From: an uncultured delta proteobacterium
Lineage (GTDB): Bacteria; Desulfobacterota; Binatia; UBA9968
Direction: 5' to 3'
DNA length: 64,000 bases
Assembly (NCBI GenBank): GCA_963847445.1
Contig: CAWJZV010000018.1
Coordinates: forward strand, 91,322 to 155,321
Part shown: positions 34,101 through 44,460 of the stretch, in pieces
How positions within the stretch are numbered: position 1 is the stretch's first letter
Layout of the letters: each line of letters starts with the position of its first letter
The notes under the pieces: model-generated
Databases searched by the model: none
Told to the model about the DNA's origin: nothing
The model's input: only the letters and a program-made list of their open reading frames with translations
Made by a program: the position numbers and the translations under genes

Positions 34101-35038
34101 TCACCGGCCCGCTTTCCTAGTGCCGGGATATTTGCGACCGAGCCGCCGACTGCGCCTGTGCCGAGACCAGGGTCTGTCATGAGATAAACGGGAACATTGG
34201 ACACCTTGGCGACCGCCTGAGCCGCCTGCGATGAGTTGACGGCCCGGCCCGCGCCATCGCGAAACATCCGGGTGAAAAGAATCGCGGTTCGGGGAGACAG
34301 AACCGTCACGGCTTGCAGGATCTCGACCATCGAGCGTTTGTCCCACACCTCGAACTCGACCCTTCCGGCAAACGAACGCGCCGCCAGCGTTGCTCGGGCC
34401 ATGACTTGACGATCCACCTCGGCGACCCCGCCGATGAGCAAGATGCGCTGTATTTCCGGCTGCAACCGGAGAATCAACTCGATTGTTCCGCCGGGATCGG
34501 AGCGTTGAACGATTCCGGTTAAATCTTGGCTAACTTTCGACCTCGACAGTTCCTCCTCGCTCAAGCCGACGGCGACCACAGGAGTGCCCGGAAAGATATC
34601 GTTAAGCAGTTGCCGCGCGACGACCAAGTTGCCGACAAAAACCAGCACGATCACATCTGGAACATCGTCAACGTATTTATTGCGCAAGTAATCGCGGAAA
34701 AGCCAATGAAAGCTTTTGCTCGGAAAGCGAACGATATCGAGATACTCGGAATAAAACTCAAGGTCGCCGGCGTGCAGCTTGCGCAATTCGTCAATCACGC
34801 TTTGCTCGACAATCGGAAACCCCGGCGAGAACCGGCTTCCGGTCGACAGCACCAACACTCGTTTGGCGCGGGGGGAATCTGCGCCGAGGACGCGACCGGC
34901 CGCGGCCAAGCCGGCAAGCATACACAGGAGACAAATAAGCCACCGCCTTAAGAATAGGCCTGGGCGGATCTTGGTTAGGATAGTGTCGGAAGCTGCCACG
35001 GTCTCGGTGACTTTACGAACACACCCCGCGGGAATCAA
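31183..35038 (-). CDS. Membrane sensor histidine kinase: periplasmic SBP-like domain, five PAS domains, HisKA/HATPase (multiple frameshifts)
   Basis: TM helix ([17 protein letters not shown]), repeated RIHPDDR/HIHPDDR/GVHREDL PAS motifs, [11 protein letters not shown]-box, [26 protein letters not shown]. Its stop overlaps the regulator start. Confidence 0.88.
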
Positions 35039-35472
35039 GCGTCAGCCCGATGGGCAAAGCGTTTTTGGGAGAAGCGCAGGTCGGTTTCGTCCGCTAACCA
35101 TTCGATCGCCCGGCTCGACTCGCAGAAAGCCGCGACGTCAATTCCCAGTTGCGACACCGGCAACGTTAGTTGGCGCAATCCATGGTATTGCTCTGGATGC
35201 GGCGTTGTCACCATGGCGAGCTTCAACTTGCCAACGGCAGTCCACGGAAAAATGCTTAGCTCAGCCTTCAATTCGACAAGATCTTCGAGTCCGAAGTCGC
35301 ACGTAATATCCTGGAGATCGAGCAATACTTTACAACCGTTGAGAGGCTCAGTGAGTTCGCCAATCGCCTGCATGAGCCGCAGAAAGGCCTGCCGATCCAA
35401 GAGTCCGCGGACGACGATGTCTAGACAATTCCCATTATTTTGCCGGCAAAACAGGTTGACCTGATTATTCAT
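35035..35472 (-). CDS. SpoIIAA/STAS-like small protein
   Basis: KVLLDLQD..KLAMV..VAAFCESSRAIEWLAD pattern. Its stop overlaps the kinase start. Confidence 0.55.
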   Translation of the reverse strand: MNNQVNLFCRQNNGNCLDIVVRGLLDRQAFLRLMQAIGELTEPLNGCKVLLDLQDITCDFGLEDLVELKAELSIFPWTAVGKLKLAMVTTPHPEQYHGLRQLTLPVSQLGIDVAAFCESSRAIEWLADETDLRFSQKRFAHRADA

Positions 35473-35563
35473 GCATAATCGTTTAAAACCTAGAGGGCTG
35501 ATTGTCTTGACTTTCCATGACACTCGATTGACAGCTGGGGCCCGATCAGGCAAACCAAAGACC

Positions 35564-36602
35564 GTGGCTAAACTTCATGCGCCTCGACCGTTAATTTCCA
35601 GCAGCGTAACCACAGGCCTGCTCGATGCCATCGCCGCTACAGGCGCCGATCCCGATCAAGTTCGGCAATCGTTAGCGCTCGACTTCACCGCCTTGTCCGA
35701 TGCCGAAGGGTTTATTGCTTGTGTGGATTTTGCTCGTTTACTGGAAGAAATCGCGCAAGCGACCGGCGACGAGATGCTTCGGGCTCCATTTCGGCGCGCG
35801 CAGCAACCCCAAAAATATCGGTCCGCTCGTCTATGCGGTTCTCAACTCGCCGACCATTGCCGTCGCTTGCGAAACCGCGGCGCGTTACCTCCATGTGCAC
35901 AATCAAGCTTTAAAATTGTCTTTAAATATTGATGATGAGCTCGCGAAATTCACTTACTCTTATGCTCACATCGGTGTGGAAAAGCCGCGCCAGTTCAGTG
36001 AATTTACCATGGCGGGCACGCTGAACACTTTTAGAATCATGGCGGGCAGTCAATGGTCGCCGAGAGAAATTCAATTTGCCCACGATCCGCCGGAGTCGAA
36101 CACCGAGCATCTTCGAGTTTTCGGCGCTCCGGTTATTTTTCGCTGCGCCAGCAATGCGCTGATCATGGAACGCGAATTTCTCGATCAAACGGTTCCGTCT
36201 GCGGATCATCGCCTATACGGAATATTGACCCACTATCTCGGCGAGGTGCTTAATAGAATGCCGACTGAGAACGGGGTCATTGCCACGATCCGAAAGGCGA
36301 TCGGCGAATCACTGAAAAACGGCACGCCAAAACTCGCCCGCGTGGCGAAATCAATCGCGCTGAGCCCACGAACACTCCAGCGACGACTGGAAAAACATGG
36401 CCTCGACTTTAAACAGTTAGTGGACGACACCCGCCATCAGTTTGCGCTGGAATATTTAAGGGACCAGGAAAACACGCTGACACAAATTGCCTTCCTGTTG
36501 GGCTATTCGGAAGTGAGCGCGTTTAACCGCGCATTCAAAAGATGGACGGGTTCACCGCCGCAGCACTATCGCAGCGCCTCGGAAGTCGTGCCTAAACAGT
36601 AG
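35564..36602 (+). CDS. AraC-family regulator (Arabinose_bd_2 plus HTH), frameshift near 35770
   Basis: FGLHFGA..GPLVYAVLNSPT, PREIQFAH, LSPRTLQRRL, IAFLLGYSEVSAFNRAFKRWTG. Confidence 0.88.
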
Positions 36603-36666
36603 GAGAGAGAATAGCCCCAGCTCAGACGTAGCCCTGGTTTTTTCTTCGAGCCGGGCAAGCGCGGCT

Positions 36667-38232
36667 TCAGCCTGAATTGAACAAGCGCAGCTTTCCGGCC
36701 GTGCCTTCTTGGGTAAACTTATAGAAATGCCAGTGGGTCACGCAACGGTTCATGAATTGCGCGAAACCGATGATATCCGCGCGCACCTTAAGGCTGCGTT
36801 GAAAAAAGTTCTTTAAGTACACCGCGCCGATGGTCGTCAAGCTGCGCTCTTTGATCAGCGCGAGCACGAGAGTCTTCAGCAATAGCAGCCCGTAAACCAG
36901 CGTCGGCAACGCCTTGCCTTCATTGGCCCGAATGCTGATCTCGGCGCGCCGTTGCTTGAAGTCGGGGTAGGCAGTGATCTGAAAGTAGCGGTCGAAGAAA
37001 GCCTGTGGATCGTAGAGCCGTTTGAGCAATTGCCAGTAGCCCTGCTGCAGTTCCTGCGGCGTCATTTGCGCAGGCACGATGTTGCAGTTGGGATCGTCGA
37101 GCCGCAGGCGACCGGCCTTTTCCAGCCGCTCATAGAGCGGCGTCTTGGGCACGGCGGTGAGCATGCCGACCATCGCTAAGAGAATGCCGTTGTCCTGAAT
37201 GAAGCGATACTGATCTTCAAAGATCGTCGCGTCGTCGTTGTCGAAACCGACGATGAAGCCGGCGCTGACTTCGAGCCCGGCGTTGCGAATCCGCGCGAGT
37301 TTATCTTGGAGCGAGTCGCCCCGGGTGTTTTGATATTTCTTGGTTTCGTTGAGCGACGCCTCGCGCGGGGTTTCGATGCCGATAAACACCGAGCGGAAGT
37401 TGGCCTGGTAAAGCATATCGAGCAACTCGGCGTCGTCGGCCAGATTGACGCTCGCCTCGGTGGTCAAGCGCAAGGGATAACCATGCTTCTGCTGCCAGGG
37501 AATGATCAGCCGGAGCAGCGCTTTGGCATCTTTCTTATTGCCGATGAAATTGTCGTCGACGATAAAGCAAGAGTAGAAGCCGACCCGGCGCATTTCATCG
37601 AGTTCGTCGATGACCTGCTCGGGCCGCTTGGTGCGCGGCCGGCGACCAAAGGTGACGATGATATCGCAAAACTCGCACTGAAACGGACAGCCGCGGGAGA
37701 ATTGCAGCGACCCGGACGCATAACGATCGACCTTCAGCAGGTCGTAGCGCGACTTGGGGACATTGCTCATGTCCGTCGGATTCGCCTGTTTATAGAGGGT
37801 GTCGTAGTTTCTACCTTCGGCGAAGCAGCGGACAAACTCCGGCCAGGTCTCGTCGGCCTCGCCGGTAAACAAAACGTCGCAGAGATTGTCGAAATACCCC
37901 TCGTCCACCGAAGCGTAGGCGCCGCCGACGACGGTGAATAGCTTCATCGCGCGCAGCTGCTCGAGGATCTGCCGCATGCGCTCCTTCTGCACGTTCATGC
38001 CGGTGACACCGACAATGTCGAACTGGGCGAGCTCCGGCCAAACAATCTCCTCGACGTTTTCATCGAGCAAACGGACGTCGTGCTCCGGCACCAAACCGGC
38101 AAGATAGGGCAGCGCGCCGGTGATCATCGACGACTTCTTGGTGCCTGGATAAAGCGGCAAGGCGTATTCGAAGCCCCAGTAGGAAGGTTCGAACTTGGGA
38201 TTGATGATACAAATCTTTAGTCGTTTGGCCAT
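36667..38232 (-). CDS. B12-binding radical SAM protein (DUF4070 type)
   Basis: N-terminal B12-binding domain (VGVTGM..VVGGAYAS), SRGCPFQCEFC CxxxCxxC, FIGIET, GFIVGFDND. Confidence 0.87.
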   Translation of the reverse strand: MAKRLKICIINPKFEPSYWGFEYALPLYPGTKKSSMITGALPYLAGLVPEHDVRLLDENVEEIVWPELAQFDIVGVTGMNVQKERMRQILEQLRAMKLFTVVGGAYASVDEGYFDNLCDVLFTGEADETWPEFVRCFAEGRNYDTLYKQANPTDMSNVPKSRYDLLKVDRYASGSLQFSRGCPFQCEFCDIIVTFGRRPRTKRPEQVIDELDEMRRVGFYSCFIVDDNFIGNKKDAKALLRLIIPWQQKHGYPLRLTTEASVNLADDAELLDMLYQANFRSVFIGIETPREASLNETKKYQNTRGDSLQDKLARIRNAGLEVSAGFIVGFDNDDATIFEDQYRFIQDNGILLAMVGMLTAVPKTPLYERLEKAGRLRLDDPNCNIVPAQMTPQELQQGYWQLLKRLYDPQAFFDRYFQITAYPDFKQRRAEISIRANEGKALPTLVYGLLLLKTLVLALIKERSLTTIGAVYLKNFFQRSLKVRADIIGFAQFMNRCVTHWHFYKFTQEGTAGKLRLFNSG

Positions 38233-38650
38233 ATTACTTCACAACGAAGCATTACCTGGGGCATCTCATTTACTCGTCCATCCCCCGGTCGTCTTTCAAC
38301 GAGCGCCAGAAGTCAGACAGGAATCGAACTCCGGGTACTCGAAGCTTGATGCCGATGCTGCCAAACCTGATTTCCTTAGACCAAGCTTCCTTGCTGACCG
38401 CGCTCGTGTGAGAAACCGAGGTGCGAATTGGCGAGTACCGAGTAGCGGTGAACCCCTCCCCCTTGAGCTAACCATGCAGCAGGCGGCGGCTAAAAACAAG
38501 TAACAAAAAAAACAAAAATGAACGCGCCGGTAAAAGGGGCGGGCGAGAAGTTAACGAGCATCACACCGGCGATCGCAGCGGCACAGCGATTTCGCTGGAC
38601 CCGGTCGCTTCGCTAAACATTTCTCGGGAAAAACACGCCGTTGGTCTGGC

Positions 38651-40006
38651 TCAGTCCGACACCTTGGTGCGCATCGTGACAAACTCCTCCGCGGCGGACG
38701 GGTGGATGCCGATGGTCATGTCGAATTGCGCTTTAGTGGCGCCGCAGTTCAGCGCGATGGCGAGGCCTTGGGTAATCTCGCCGGCGTCGGCGCCGACCAT
38801 GTGGCAGCCGAGGACTTTGTCGGTGGTTTGATCGACGACCAGCTTCATCATCGTGCGTTCGTCGCGGCCGGTGAGGGTGTGTTTGAGCGGTTTGAAGGTA
38901 CTCCGGTAGATGTCGACTTGATGGCCGCGCTCTATCGCCTCCGCTTCGGTGAGCCCGACGGTGCCGCAACTGGGCGTGCTGAACACCGCGGTCGGGACAT
39001 TCAAATAGCACGGCATGGTCGGCTGATTGTTGAACAAAGTGTTAGCCAACGCCATCCCTTCGGCGATGGCGACCGGTGTCAGCATCATCCGGTCGGTGCA
39101 GTCGCCGATGGCATAGATGCTGTCGACCGTGGATTTCGAATATTCGTCAACCACCACCGCGCCGTTGTCTTTTAGTTTGACGCCGGCTTTCTCCAGGCCC
39201 AGGTCCGGGGTCTTGGAGCCGCGTCCGGTGGCGTAGAGGATCTGATCGGCTTCCAGCATATTGCCATCGGTCAGTGTCGCTTTCAGCACCGCACCGCTTT
39301 TTTCAATTTTATCAATGTCAGACATGAATCGAAGATCGACGCCGCGCTTACGCATCTCATCGGCAAGGGTCTTGCGAATGTCATCGTCGAAGCCGCGCAG
39401 AAACAATTCGCCGCGATAAAGTTGCGTGGTATGCGCGCCGAGACCGTGAAAGATGCCGGCAAACTCCACACCGATGTAACCGCCGCCAACGACGATGACC
39501 CGCTCGGGCAGCGACGGCAGGTAAAAAGCTTCGTTGGAGGTAATCGCATACTCGGAGCCGGGGAACTTCGGCACCGACGGCCAGCTGCCGACGGCAACGA
39601 GAATATACTTGGCCGTGATGCGCTTGCCGTCGACGGCAACGGTATGGGCATCGACCACCTCGGCGTGGCCTTCGATCAGCGTCACCCCGGCGTCAGCGAG
39701 AATCTTCCGGTAGATGCCGTTCAGCCGGAGAATTTCTTTGTTCTTGTTCTCGATCAGCTTGGCCCAGTCGAAACGGCGCTGCCCCACCGTCCAGCCATAG
39801 CCCGGGAGATCGTCGAAGTCTTCGCCGTAATGAGCCGCGTAGACCAGGAGTTTTTTCGGGATGCAGCCGACATTGACGCAGGTGCCGCCGAGATAGCGCT
39901 CTTCGGCCACCGCTACCTTGGCGCCGAAGGACGCCGACATCCGGCTCGCGCGCACGCCGCCGGAACCGGCGCCGATGGTAAAGAGATCATAATCGAATTG
40001 AGCCAT
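38651..40006 (-). CDS. gor: Glutathione-disulfide reductase
   Basis: [32 protein letters not shown] redox motif, [26 protein letters not shown]. Confidence 0.92.
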   Translation of the reverse strand: MAQFDYDLFTIGAGSGGVRASRMSASFGAKVAVAEERYLGGTCVNVGCIPKKLLVYAAHYGEDFDDLPGYGWTVGQRRFDWAKLIENKNKEILRLNGIYRKILADAGVTLIEGHAEVVDAHTVAVDGKRITAKYILVAVGSWPSVPKFPGSEYAITSNEAFYLPSLPERVIVVGGGYIGVEFAGIFHGLGAHTTQLYRGELFLRGFDDDIRKTLADEMRKRGVDLRFMSDIDKIEKSGAVLKATLTDGNMLEADQILYATGRGSKTPDLGLEKAGVKLKDNGAVVVDEYSKSTVDSIYAIGDCTDRMMLTPVAIAEGMALANTLFNNQPTMPCYLNVPTAVFSTPSCGTVGLTEAEAIERGHQVDIYRSTFKPLKHTLTGRDERTMMKLVVDQTTDKVLGCHMVGADAGEITQGLAIALNCGATKAQFDMTIGIHPSAAEEFVTMRTKVSD

Positions 40007-40149
40007 GAGAGTTTGCCTTTTCAAGTTAGATGTCGTGGGATCATAAAAGGTAGCGGCAGAATCCTCAACAGCCGATTGCGAATAGGACGACGGACGCTCA
40101 CCACGAAAGTCTTAGCGCGGCACCGTTTCAACCGAAACTCGGAACATCT

Positions 40150-40602
40150 CGCGCAAAGCACGCAAAGGGCGCAAAGCTAAGGGAAACATGTCATCTCGAC
40201 CCCTTCGGCGAACTCAGGGTAGACTCCGGGAGAAATCTTTCCGCTATCCCGCGTATCCCCTCGGGATGACGGGCCTCGGCGCGTCACTTTGCGACCTTGG
40301 CGTCCTTGGCGCGAGGAATATCCGAATCCAAGACGTTCTCAGCTAAGAAGATTTGCGCAAGCCGGATAAATTGTCGACTTTAGTAATACGAAGTTCAGAG
40401 TGTTCGATTTCCGACCCTTCGTGACCTTCGTGTCCTCCTTCGAAAATGCATGTGAGGGGATGATATGCACAACGAAGAGTCTCTGGGGTTTCGTCATGCC
40501 GGCGCAGGCCGGCATCCAGACCCATCATCCACCTGGATACCGTTTTTCAACGGTATGACGGACTCTGTCCGTCACCTGGATTCCCGCATGCGCGGGAATG
40601 AC
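40150..40602. repeat. Cluster of nested intergenic repeats
   Basis: TGTCAT.TCGACC..GGGAGAAATCT..ATGAC element (also 45446-45565). Three GTCAT-hairpin-CCAG units at 40493-40519, 40533-40559 and 40576-40602. CTTCGTG repeats. Confidence 0.7.
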
Positions 40603-40786
40603 GATTCGAGGAGGGGAGCATATTCTGGGAATGCCAACCATTTTGATGCTCTGTAGGCGATCGCAAGCTCACGAACACTTCGCGGTGAAAGCCGTCTCTT
40701 CTTCCTCGTCGCGACTTCGCATCGATGGTTAGGTGGTGAGCATTTCCTGGCCATTCTTTTTGACAGCTCCGCCGAATTAGGAAACA

Positions 40787-42079
40787 ATGGCCGGCAATTC
40801 CCTCATGAGCAAATCTTCCGCACCGCCGTTGTCGCAATCCGCCACGCACACGCTCTCCGGCAGCCAGCGCGTGGCGCAGTCGCTGAGCGCGCTCAAGCAC
40901 CGCAACTACCGGCTCTACTGGTTCGGCCAGTTGGCCTCGGTGCTGGCGCAAAACATGGAAGCGGTGGCGCAAAGTTGGTTGGTCCTGGAGCTGACCAATT
41001 CTCCCCTGATGCTTGGACTCACCGGCTTGACCTTTACCATCCCGACAGTGGCGCTGACTCTCCTCGGCGGCGCCATCGCCGATCGCGCCGATCGCCGTCG
41101 CATCATGATCTGGGCGCAGGTCGGTTCGGCATTGGTCTTTCTGATTCTCACAGTGCTCGTCATGCTCAAGTGGGTCGCCCTTTGGCATATCATGGTCTTG
41201 GCGTTTCTCACCGGCTGCGTGCGCGCCTTCGACCGGCCCAGCCGCATGGCGCTCTTACCCCAAATGGTTCCCAAAGAAGATATTCCCAACGCCGTCGCCA
41301 TCGGCGGCACCATCTGGCAATTGAACAAGCTGGTCGGCCCGGCGGTTGCCGGCATGCTGATTTACTTGGTCGGCATCGGACCGACTTATTTTGTCTGTTT
41401 TCTCGCTTCGGCCGTGGCCATCGGGCTGTGGCTCGCCATCCATCTCGCCGGCAAGCCGGTGGCGTCAAACTCCCGCGGCCTGCTCAAGGATATGACCGAA
41501 GGGCTGAGCTTCATTCGTCAAAATGAAATCTATTGGGTGTTCATCGGCATGACGTTTTTCAACAGCGTGTTCGGCATGTCCTACGTCATCATGATGCCGG
41601 TGTTTGCCCGCAACGTGCTCCATGTCGGCTCCCAGGGGTTCGGCTTCCTCCAGAGTGCCGGCGGCGGCGGCGCCCTGGCCGGCGTCCTGCTCGCCGCCTA
41701 TTTGAGCCACTTCCCCGGCAAAGGCTTGCAGGCGATCAATGGCGCGGTGGTGTTCGGTGTCACCTTGATCTTGTTCGCCATGTCGAGTTGGTTTCCGCTC
41801 TCGCTCGTCGCCGCTTTTGCTCTCGGCATGGCCGGGCAGTTCTACATGACGACGATCCACGCCATCTTGCAGATGAACTTACCCAACGAATTGCGCGGCC
41901 GCGTCATGGGTATTCATGGATTGGCCTGGGAGCTTATGCCCATCGGCGGCTTGATCGCCGGCGCCATCGCCGAATTCGCCGGCGCGCCGATCGCGGTGGC
42001 CTTCGGCGGTCTGATGGTCGGCGGCATGGCATTTGTCATCGCCGTAGCGATGCCGACCATCCGACGCTTGCAACAGTGA
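40787..42079 (+). CDS. MFS transporter (MFS_3/DUF894 type)
   Basis: About 12 TM helices, ALKHRNYRLYWFGQ, GGAIADRADRRR, PNELRGRVMG. Confidence 0.88.
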   Translation: MAGNSLMSKSSAPPLSQSATHTLSGSQRVAQSLSALKHRNYRLYWFGQLASVLAQNMEAVAQSWLVLELTNSPLMLGLTGLTFTIPTVALTLLGGAIADRADRRRIMIWAQVGSALVFLILTVLVMLKWVALWHIMVLAFLTGCVRAFDRPSRMALLPQMVPKEDIPNAVAIGGTIWQLNKLVGPAVAGMLIYLVGIGPTYFVCFLASAVAIGLWLAIHLAGKPVASNSRGLLKDMTEGLSFIRQNEIYWVFIGMTFFNSVFGMSYVIMMPVFARNVLHVGSQGFGFLQSAGGGGALAGVLLAAYLSHFPGKGLQAINGAVVFGVTLILFAMSSWFPLSLVAAFALGMAGQFYMTTIHAILQMNLPNELRGRVMGIHGLAWELMPIGGLIAGAIAEFAGAPIAVAFGGLMVGGMAFVIAVAMPTIRRLQQ

Positions 42080-42181
42080 CTATCGTTGGAATCCGCGGTA
42101 GGGGCCGGGCGGGACCGGTCCAATCCGGAATCGGAGTATTAACCGCAGAGAACGCATAGCCCGCAAAGTTTCGAAAATCAT

Positions 42182-42231
42182 TGTAGGGGCGTATGGCATA
42201 CGCCCTGGCGCGGCGGGACGGCAATCGCATG
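42182..42231 (+). repeat. GTAG-type REP element
   Basis: GTAGGGGCGTATGGCATACGCCC hairpin. Inverted near-copy at 51324-51373 and a relative at 56478-56503. Confidence 0.75.
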
Positions 42232-42257
42232 GCGACAAAATAATTTACGTGGCACCC

Positions 42258-43244
42258 ATGCCTGACAAGAAAGCCAAGAAGAAATCCGCCGGTCCGCGCA
42301 AGCGGCGCAAGATTGCCGGCAAGTCCAGCGGACTAACTGCCAAGGAAGTTCTATCGGCCACGCCGCCCAACAGCGTCGCCGCACTGCAAGATGCCATCGA
42401 CCAGGACGGCGGCACCGTTCTCACCACCTATCGTGAACCGTTCGGCGATCACTGGCTCATCATCGCCGCTCTGCCCATCGACCAGGTCGAGCCGACGCCG
42501 TACCAGCGCAACCTGTCCGATACCCACGCGCGCAAGCTCGAAAGCGTCATCGCCAGGCTCGGCCGCTTTCTCGACCCCATCGTCACCGTGCGCAAGGAAG
42601 TGAAAGACAGCCCGACGCGCTACTGGACGCCCAACGGCAATCATCGCCTGCAGGCGATGAAAACCCTCGGCGCCAAGAGCATCATCGCCATCGTCGTCCC
42701 TGAAGCGGCGACCGCGTATCAGATTCTTGCGTTGAACACCGAGAAGGCGCACAACCTGCGCGAGCGCGCCCTCGAAGTCATCCGCATGTACCAGGAGCTG
42801 GCGACATTGGACGACGCCAGCGAAGAAAGCTACGCGCTGGAGTTCGAAGAAGCCGCGCTGATCACCCTCGGTCTGTGCTACCTTGAAAACGGCCGCTTCA
42901 GCGGCGGCGCCTATCATCCGATCCTGCGCCGTTCGGACCAGTTTCTAAAAAAATCACTTGTCTCGGCCATCGAGATTCGCCGTGCGCGGGCCAAAGCTTT
43001 GATGGATCTCGATAAAACTGTCATCGAAAAAGTCGAAGCGCTCAAAGCCAAAGGTTTGACCAGTCCGTACCTCAAAAGCTTCGTCGTCGCGCGCATCAAC
43101 CCGATCCGCTTCCGCCCCAAGGACGCAGCGCCGTTGGGTTTCGATGAAGTATTGGAACGGATGACGACCGCCGCCGAAAAGATGAATGTCGACAAGATCA
43201 AAGTCGAAGATCTGGCGAAGTCAGGCGGGGCAACCGAGGAATAG
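42258..43244 (+). CDS. ParB N-terminal domain-containing protein
   Basis: LPIDQVEPTPYQRNLS, FLDPIV, YWTPNGNHRL, LALNTEKAHNLRE. Confidence 0.75.
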   Translation: MPDKKAKKKSAGPRKRRKIAGKSSGLTAKEVLSATPPNSVAALQDAIDQDGGTVLTTYREPFGDHWLIIAALPIDQVEPTPYQRNLSDTHARKLESVIARLGRFLDPIVTVRKEVKDSPTRYWTPNGNHRLQAMKTLGAKSIIAIVVPEAATAYQILALNTEKAHNLRERALEVIRMYQELATLDDASEESYALEFEEAALITLGLCYLENGRFSGGAYHPILRRSDQFLKKSLVSAIEIRRARAKALMDLDKTVIEKVEALKAKGLTSPYLKSFVVARINPIRFRPKDAAPLGFDEVLERMTTAAEKMNVDKIKVEDLAKSGGATEE

Positions 43245-43252
43245 CTGCCCCT

Positions 43253-44386
43253 CTACGCCTCCGGATACGTCGGCACCATGTCCGGCCGATAGGTCCAAGT
43301 TTTTAGCGGTCGGCCTTCCGCTAGATTGCGCAATTCCCGTTCCCAGATTTTGCGCAGGAGAAACACGCCGCGGTCGCTGCGGCCCAGGTGTTCGTTGCCG
43401 CGCACAGCGATTCGGCCCTGGCCGGTCTGGGCAATTTCATCTTCCAACATGACGAAGTCGATGCGCTGAGGATCGATATCGCTCAGGCGCAGTTTTCCGG
43501 CGAGAATCGCCCGCACCAGTTCCGGGCGCTCTTCTTCCGCCTTGGCGCGCAGCGCGCGCCGCTCCTCGATCCACGCCCGGCCGCGCGCGCCGGAGAGCGC
43601 GATGGCGCGCACTTCGAAGTGAATATGGTTTTCATCATCCACCGGGACTTTGAAAACCATCACGTCAGCGCGCTTGATCACCGGATCGACCACCTGGCCG
43701 TTGATAAAATTAATGTTGGGCATGCCGAAGAAAAAAGTCAGATCCTTGCCGTCGGGATATTTGACGTAGCGCCGGATGCCCCAGTCGGATTCTTCGACGG
43801 AGATAATCGGATCGCCAAGCACGACATGGTCCTCGGCCGCGTCGCGGTGGCGCCGGTGCACGAAGCGCACGTGCGCGTTGTCTAGGGAGTTGTCGACGTT
43901 GTTGAAGTAGTTGCAAATTCGTTTGAGACCGGCGACGTCGAGAGAGATCTCGGGATTTTCGAATAGCGCATAGCGCGGCAATGGCGGCGCCTCGCCCTCG
44001 CCCAGATAAGCGAAGACCAGGCCGAGATATTCCTTAACCGGATAACTGGCGATGCGCACCTTCGCCGCAAAGCTTTCACCCTCTGCCGGCTGCTCGACGC
44101 ATTGTCCCGCGCCATCGTATTTCCAACCGTGGTAAAAACAACGAATGCAATCTTCTTCGACCCAGCCCGCCGACAGCTGGGTACCGCGATGGGCGCAGCG
44201 GTTGCCGACCAGATGCGCCGTGCCGCCGGCGCCCCGATAGAGGGTAAAATCCTCGCTCAAGATGCGAAGCGGCAACGCCTGACCGGCGCTAAGCTCATGG
44301 GAGCAGGCAACCGGTTGCCAGAACCGGCGCAAGAATCGCCCCGCTAGGGTTTCCGGTCCGGTGTGAACAAATTCGCTAAAATCCAT
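43253..44386 (-). CDS. Rieske non-heme iron oxygenase alpha subunit (phthalate 4,5-dioxygenase/LigX-like)
   Basis: TGPETLAGRFLRRFWQPV, Rieske CAHR..CFYH, mononuclear Fe motif DNSLDNAHVRFVH, EHLGRSDRGV. Confidence 0.87.
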   Translation of the reverse strand: MDFSEFVHTGPETLAGRFLRRFWQPVACSHELSAGQALPLRILSEDFTLYRGAGGTAHLVGNRCAHRGTQLSAGWVEEDCIRCFYHGWKYDGAGQCVEQPAEGESFAAKVRIASYPVKEYLGLVFAYLGEGEAPPLPRYALFENPEISLDVAGLKRICNYFNNVDNSLDNAHVRFVHRRHRDAAEDHVVLGDPIISVEESDWGIRRYVKYPDGKDLTFFFGMPNINFINGQVVDPVIKRADVMVFKVPVDDENHIHFEVRAIALSGARGRAWIEERRALRAKAEEERPELVRAILAGKLRLSDIDPQRIDFVMLEDEIAQTGQGRIAVRGNEHLGRSDRGVFLLRKIWERELRNLAEGRPLKTWTYRPDMVPTYPEA

Positions 44387-44460
44387 CTGTAACCTCGACA
44401 ATCTGATCTTCGGGCCGGCGGTGGGACGCCTTACCCTTCACCCTTTGCCCCTTACCGTTT

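Noticed and set aside
36667-38232. Calling the radical SAM gene hpnP or anSME
   Set aside because: There is no SPASM cysteine cluster and no hopanoid gene context, so the specific function is unsupported.
38233-38650. Possible cobalamin riboswitch or tRNA-like element upstream of the B12 radical SAM gene (GGAGTTCGATTCC on the minus strand)
   Set aside because: No B12-box or other conserved riboswitch elements and no cloverleaf could be built. An Rfam/Infernal scan would settle it.
42258-43244. ParB-like gene as a plasmid/partition or defence locus
   Set aside because: No ParA, parS array, replication gene or defence partner is nearby.
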